This document shows positions 16,027 to 18,117 of a DNA stretch of 18,117 nt, piece after piece. The DNA comes from Candidatus Rifleibacteriota bacterium (GTDB lineage: Bacteria; Muiribacteriota; Ozemobacteria; Ozemobacterales; Ozemobacteraceae). Under the pieces are notes generated by a model. It saw only the letters and a list, made by a program, of their open reading frames with translations, searched no databases and was not told the origin of the DNA. The translations under genes and the position numbers were made by a program. Numbering within the stretch: position 1 is the stretch's first letter; each line of letters opens with the position of its first letter. The stretch spans positions 1-18,117 of the forward strand of contig JBNJGH010000069.1 of assembly GCA_051747585.1 (NCBI GenBank), in the 5' to 3' direction.

Positions 16027-17202
16027 CTATCTTGCTTGCGATTTAACCTGATTTACCAGCTGTTTTGCCCGCCGTAAATCATTAATTGCCTGCTGAACTT
16101 CAGCATTGTCGGCATTCTGGTTTTGGGAGATCTTTATGTAATTTGTATAGGCTTCCTGGTATACTTCCATGGCCTTTTGCAAATTTACAGATTCTATGCC
16201 GTTTATGCCACCGGTTGTGTTAACGGGTCTTTCGGATGCCTGCGGTTCATAGTTGTTATTTGAAGAGCCGGTGGTTGCAACTCTGTCGCTATTATCTTTC
16301 TGCTCTTCTTTTTTGTATTTTCGGTTATAAGAGTTAGTCGTTTTTACATATTCCTGCTGAACTTTTACCAACTCAATAAATCTTTTATTTAAAAGCTGAG
16401 TCCCGTTTTCAGCAAGATCGCCAATCGCTTCAATGCTGTTTCCCGAGTTTTTAATGCTTTCGACGGTGTTGCCAACATTTAAAATAGCCTCGAGATTTCC
16501 ACCCATTATGCCTTCTATTTCCTGTTGGATTCCAAGAAGTTCATTTACTGATTCTCGGGCTGCAGCGAAATAAGCGGTAGCATCAAAAGCAATTTGGGCG
16601 CATTTTAATGGAAGTTTGGCTTCTACTTTCCCCATTTTATATTCGTCTCTGAGACGACCCCAGCGAAAAATATTCAGCGGATTTTCTTTTATGGATGAGA
16701 AAACTTTACCCCAGCCATGAGCGCCGGCAAGCTTGTTCAGCCTGCTGTTAGAAAAGCTTTTAACTCGTATTCGTTTCCTGGCTGCCTGTATGGTTGTGGT
16801 TTCGTCCGCAAGTTCAGAAAAATACTTCATGCTGGGCCGGGCTCTTTTGTACATTCTTTCCGCTTTGGGTGCAAGCCGCTGGTAGCCTTTTACAACCTGA
16901 GATATCGCCCTTGCTATCTTAATCAGTTCGGGAATATTTGCTTTTGCATTTTTCCTGGTAATGCCTCTGTATGACTGAACAAGTGTGCTCGCTCCTTCAG
17001 CGAAATTCTTGATGCTATTGCGTTCACTGTAAAGCTGTTTAACCTCGTTGGTAATAGATTTTGAATGTTGGCGTATCTCGACTCTTTCTTTGAACCAGAG
17101 TTGTATGTCAGAAAATGCTCCTGCCTGGGCGCTCTGAAGTGTAAGCAAAAAGCCTAACAGCAGTATTATAGCAGGTGCCTTCAGTCTTAAATTTTTATTC
17201 AT
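16027..17202 (-). CDS. Hypothetical secreted, predominantly alpha-helical/coiled-coil protein (391 aa)
   Basis: Strong SD AGGAGGAG before ATG 17202 (preferred over 17226); signal peptide ending AQA; no family motif recognised; polar linker before a short C-terminal helical segment. Confidence 0.85.
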   Translation of the reverse strand: MNKNLRLKAPAIILLLGFLLTLQSAQAGAFSDIQLWFKERVEIRQHSKSITNEVKQLYSERNSIKNFAEGASTLVQSYRGITRKNAKANIPELIKIARAISQVVKGYQRLAPKAERMYKRARPSMKYFSELADETTTIQAARKRIRVKSFSNSRLNKLAGAHGWGKVFSSIKENPLNIFRWGRLRDEYKMGKVEAKLPLKCAQIAFDATAYFAAARESVNELLGIQQEIEGIMGGNLEAILNVGNTVESIKNSGNSIEAIGDLAENGTQLLNKRFIELVKVQQEYVKTTNSYNRKYKKEEQKDNSDRVATTGSSNNNYEPQASERPVNTTGGINGIESVNLQKAMEVYQEAYTNYIKISQNQNADNAEVQQAINDLRRAKQLVNQVKSQAR

Positions 17203-17244
17203 AAACTCCTCCTGAGGACACATCATATCTGTTTAGTACCCCTA

Positions 17245-17273
17245 AGTTTAATGATTAAATTCTAAAGCGTCAA
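17245..17273 (-). promoter_or_regulatory. Candidate sigma70 promoter for the secreted protein gene
   Basis: On the minus strand, TTGACG (17273-17268), a 17-bp spacer, then TAAACT (17250-17245). The -10 hexamer is the same as in the promoter at 15818-15846. Confidence 0.65.
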
Positions 17274-17290
17274 TTCCCATCCCCAATTTA

Positions 17291-17660
17291 TAGTAATTCT
17301 CGGTGAGCGACTATCAACTCGTTTCAGAAAAGAATTTACCTCACACCAAGCCTCCAGGCCACAAAGAAAATAACCACAGAGCTCGCAGAGCAGCACAGAG
17401 AATCTTTTTCAGCCGTGGATTGTCCTTTGGACAATCAGCCGGCGGTTTCACCGTCCGGCTTTCACAATATTACTCAGTATTCAGAAAAACATTAATGCTT
17501 TTCTGAATGCTGAGTAATATTGTGAACATAGGCTGAAAAAGATTAAAAAATCGTCTCGGTGCACTCTGTGCTCTCCGTGGTAAAAATTCGATATTTGATA
17601 GAAAGAAATCAAACCAATTTTTTTGAAAACCAGCTAATAACGGTTCACCGAGAATTGCTA
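17291..17660. mobile_element. MITE-like non-autonomous element, 370 bp, with terminal inverted repeats and a 9-bp target-site duplication
   Basis: The left end TAGTAATTCTCGGTGA matches the reverse complement of the right end, TAGCAATTCTCGGTGA, at 15/16 positions, with weaker similarity to about 45 bp. The exact direct repeat CCCAATTTA lies at 17282-17290 and 17661-17669. There is no transposase inside. Confidence 0.82.
17373..17581. repeat. Large nested multi-branch palindrome inside the MITE-like element
   Basis: Imperfect outer arms ACCACAGAG..CACAGAG (17373-17401) and CTCTGTG..CTCCGTGGT (17554-17581); perfect 14-bp stem 17401-17414/17531-17544; three abutting hairpins at 17418-17436, 17437-17460 and 17461-17526. 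Confidence 0.85.
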
Positions 17661-17714
17661 CCCAATTTACTGGTAATTATCCATTTGTTTGTGGAAACCG
17701 TTTCAAGACATTTC

Positions 17715-17742
17715 GATTGCTTCGCTTCGACTCCGCTCAGGG
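17715..17742. repeat. Chimeric REP-like remnant
   Basis: GATTGCTTCG (reverse complement of 16016-16025) directly joined to CTTCGACTCCGCTCAGGG (same family as 15913-15961). Confidence 0.55.
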
Positions 17743-17754
17743 ACCATACTGGCC

Positions 17755-17878
17755 CGTCATTCCTGACCGGTTCTAACCGGATCAGGAATCCAGAATAATC
17801 GTCGTTTTTTATTAAAGAAACAAAACTTATTACCCTGACCCTGGATTCCGGCTCTCATTTCATTCGGCCGGAATGACG
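17755..17878. repeat. Inverted REP doublet (REPIN-like), GTCATTCC...GGAATCCAG / CTGGATTCC...GGAATGAC type
   Basis: The left unit 17755-17793 (ATTCCTGA..TCAGGAAT enclosing CCGGTT/AACCGG) and the right unit 17841-17878 (ATTCCGGC/GCCGGAAT) are each hairpins and mutually inverted, around a 47-bp AT-rich spacer. Confidence 0.75.
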
Positions 17879-17910
17879 AAAAATGGTGCTTTACCTTATA
17901 TGCCTCAGCT

Positions 17911-18117
17911 TTAACGGTAGATTATTTGGGCTTTTAACAAGGCTTTTTCCAGATCAGAAAATTGAAATGGTTTGCTAAGAACAGCCGAAATATCCAGTTC
18001 TTCAAGCTCTTCGCTCCTTAAATCAACAAAACCTGAGCATATTATAACCGGTATGCCCGGGTTGAGCCATTTAAGTTCCTTTAAAACTTCATAGCCGGAT
18101 TTCTCAGGCATCGCCAG
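17911..18117 (-). CDS. Response-regulator receiver (REC) domain, C-terminal part (5' end outside the window)
   Basis: LAMPEKSGYEVLKELK..P.IPVIICSG...LSKPF, with conserved Ser and Lys-Pro-Phe. The phospho-Asp is expected just beyond the window edge. Confidence 0.9.
   Translation of the reverse strand: MAMPEKSGYEVLKELKWLNPGIPVIICSGFVDLRSEELEELDISAVLSKPFQFSDLEKALLKAQIIYR

Noticed and set aside
17303..17798. ORFs 17303-17506 and 17559-17798
   Set aside because: They run through palindromic repeat DNA, start at GTG without an SD and show no protein-like motifs. Neither is a transposase.

Overview
An AT-rich bacterial window that is gene-dense up to about 15.8 kb and then repeat-rich. It carries two translationally coupled pairs of large membrane sensors. 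The first is a class III adenylate/guanylate cyclase pair (+ strand, first member truncated by the window edge); the second is a SpoIIE/PP2C-type phosphatase pair (- strand). The three complete sensors share one layout: TM, large extracytoplasmic domain, TM-TM, second extracytoplasmic domain, TM, HAMP, output domain. Each pair has one member with a visibly degenerate catalytic site, which suggests enzyme/pseudo-enzyme heterodimers. Between the pairs lie a Ycf46-like AAA+ ATPase coupled to a small acidic ORF, a cysE-cysK operon, a small lipoprotein and a single-pass HEAT-repeat protein. The right end holds an orphan secreted helical protein, the tail of a receiver domain and many REP-like palindromes. 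It also holds a 370-bp MITE-like element (17291-17660) with terminal inverted repeats and an exact 9-bp flanking duplication, whose interior can fold into a linker-free four-way junction. The gene style recalls Candidatus Riflebacteria, but this is an impression and was not verified. No CRISPR array, tRNA, rRNA or transposase was seen.
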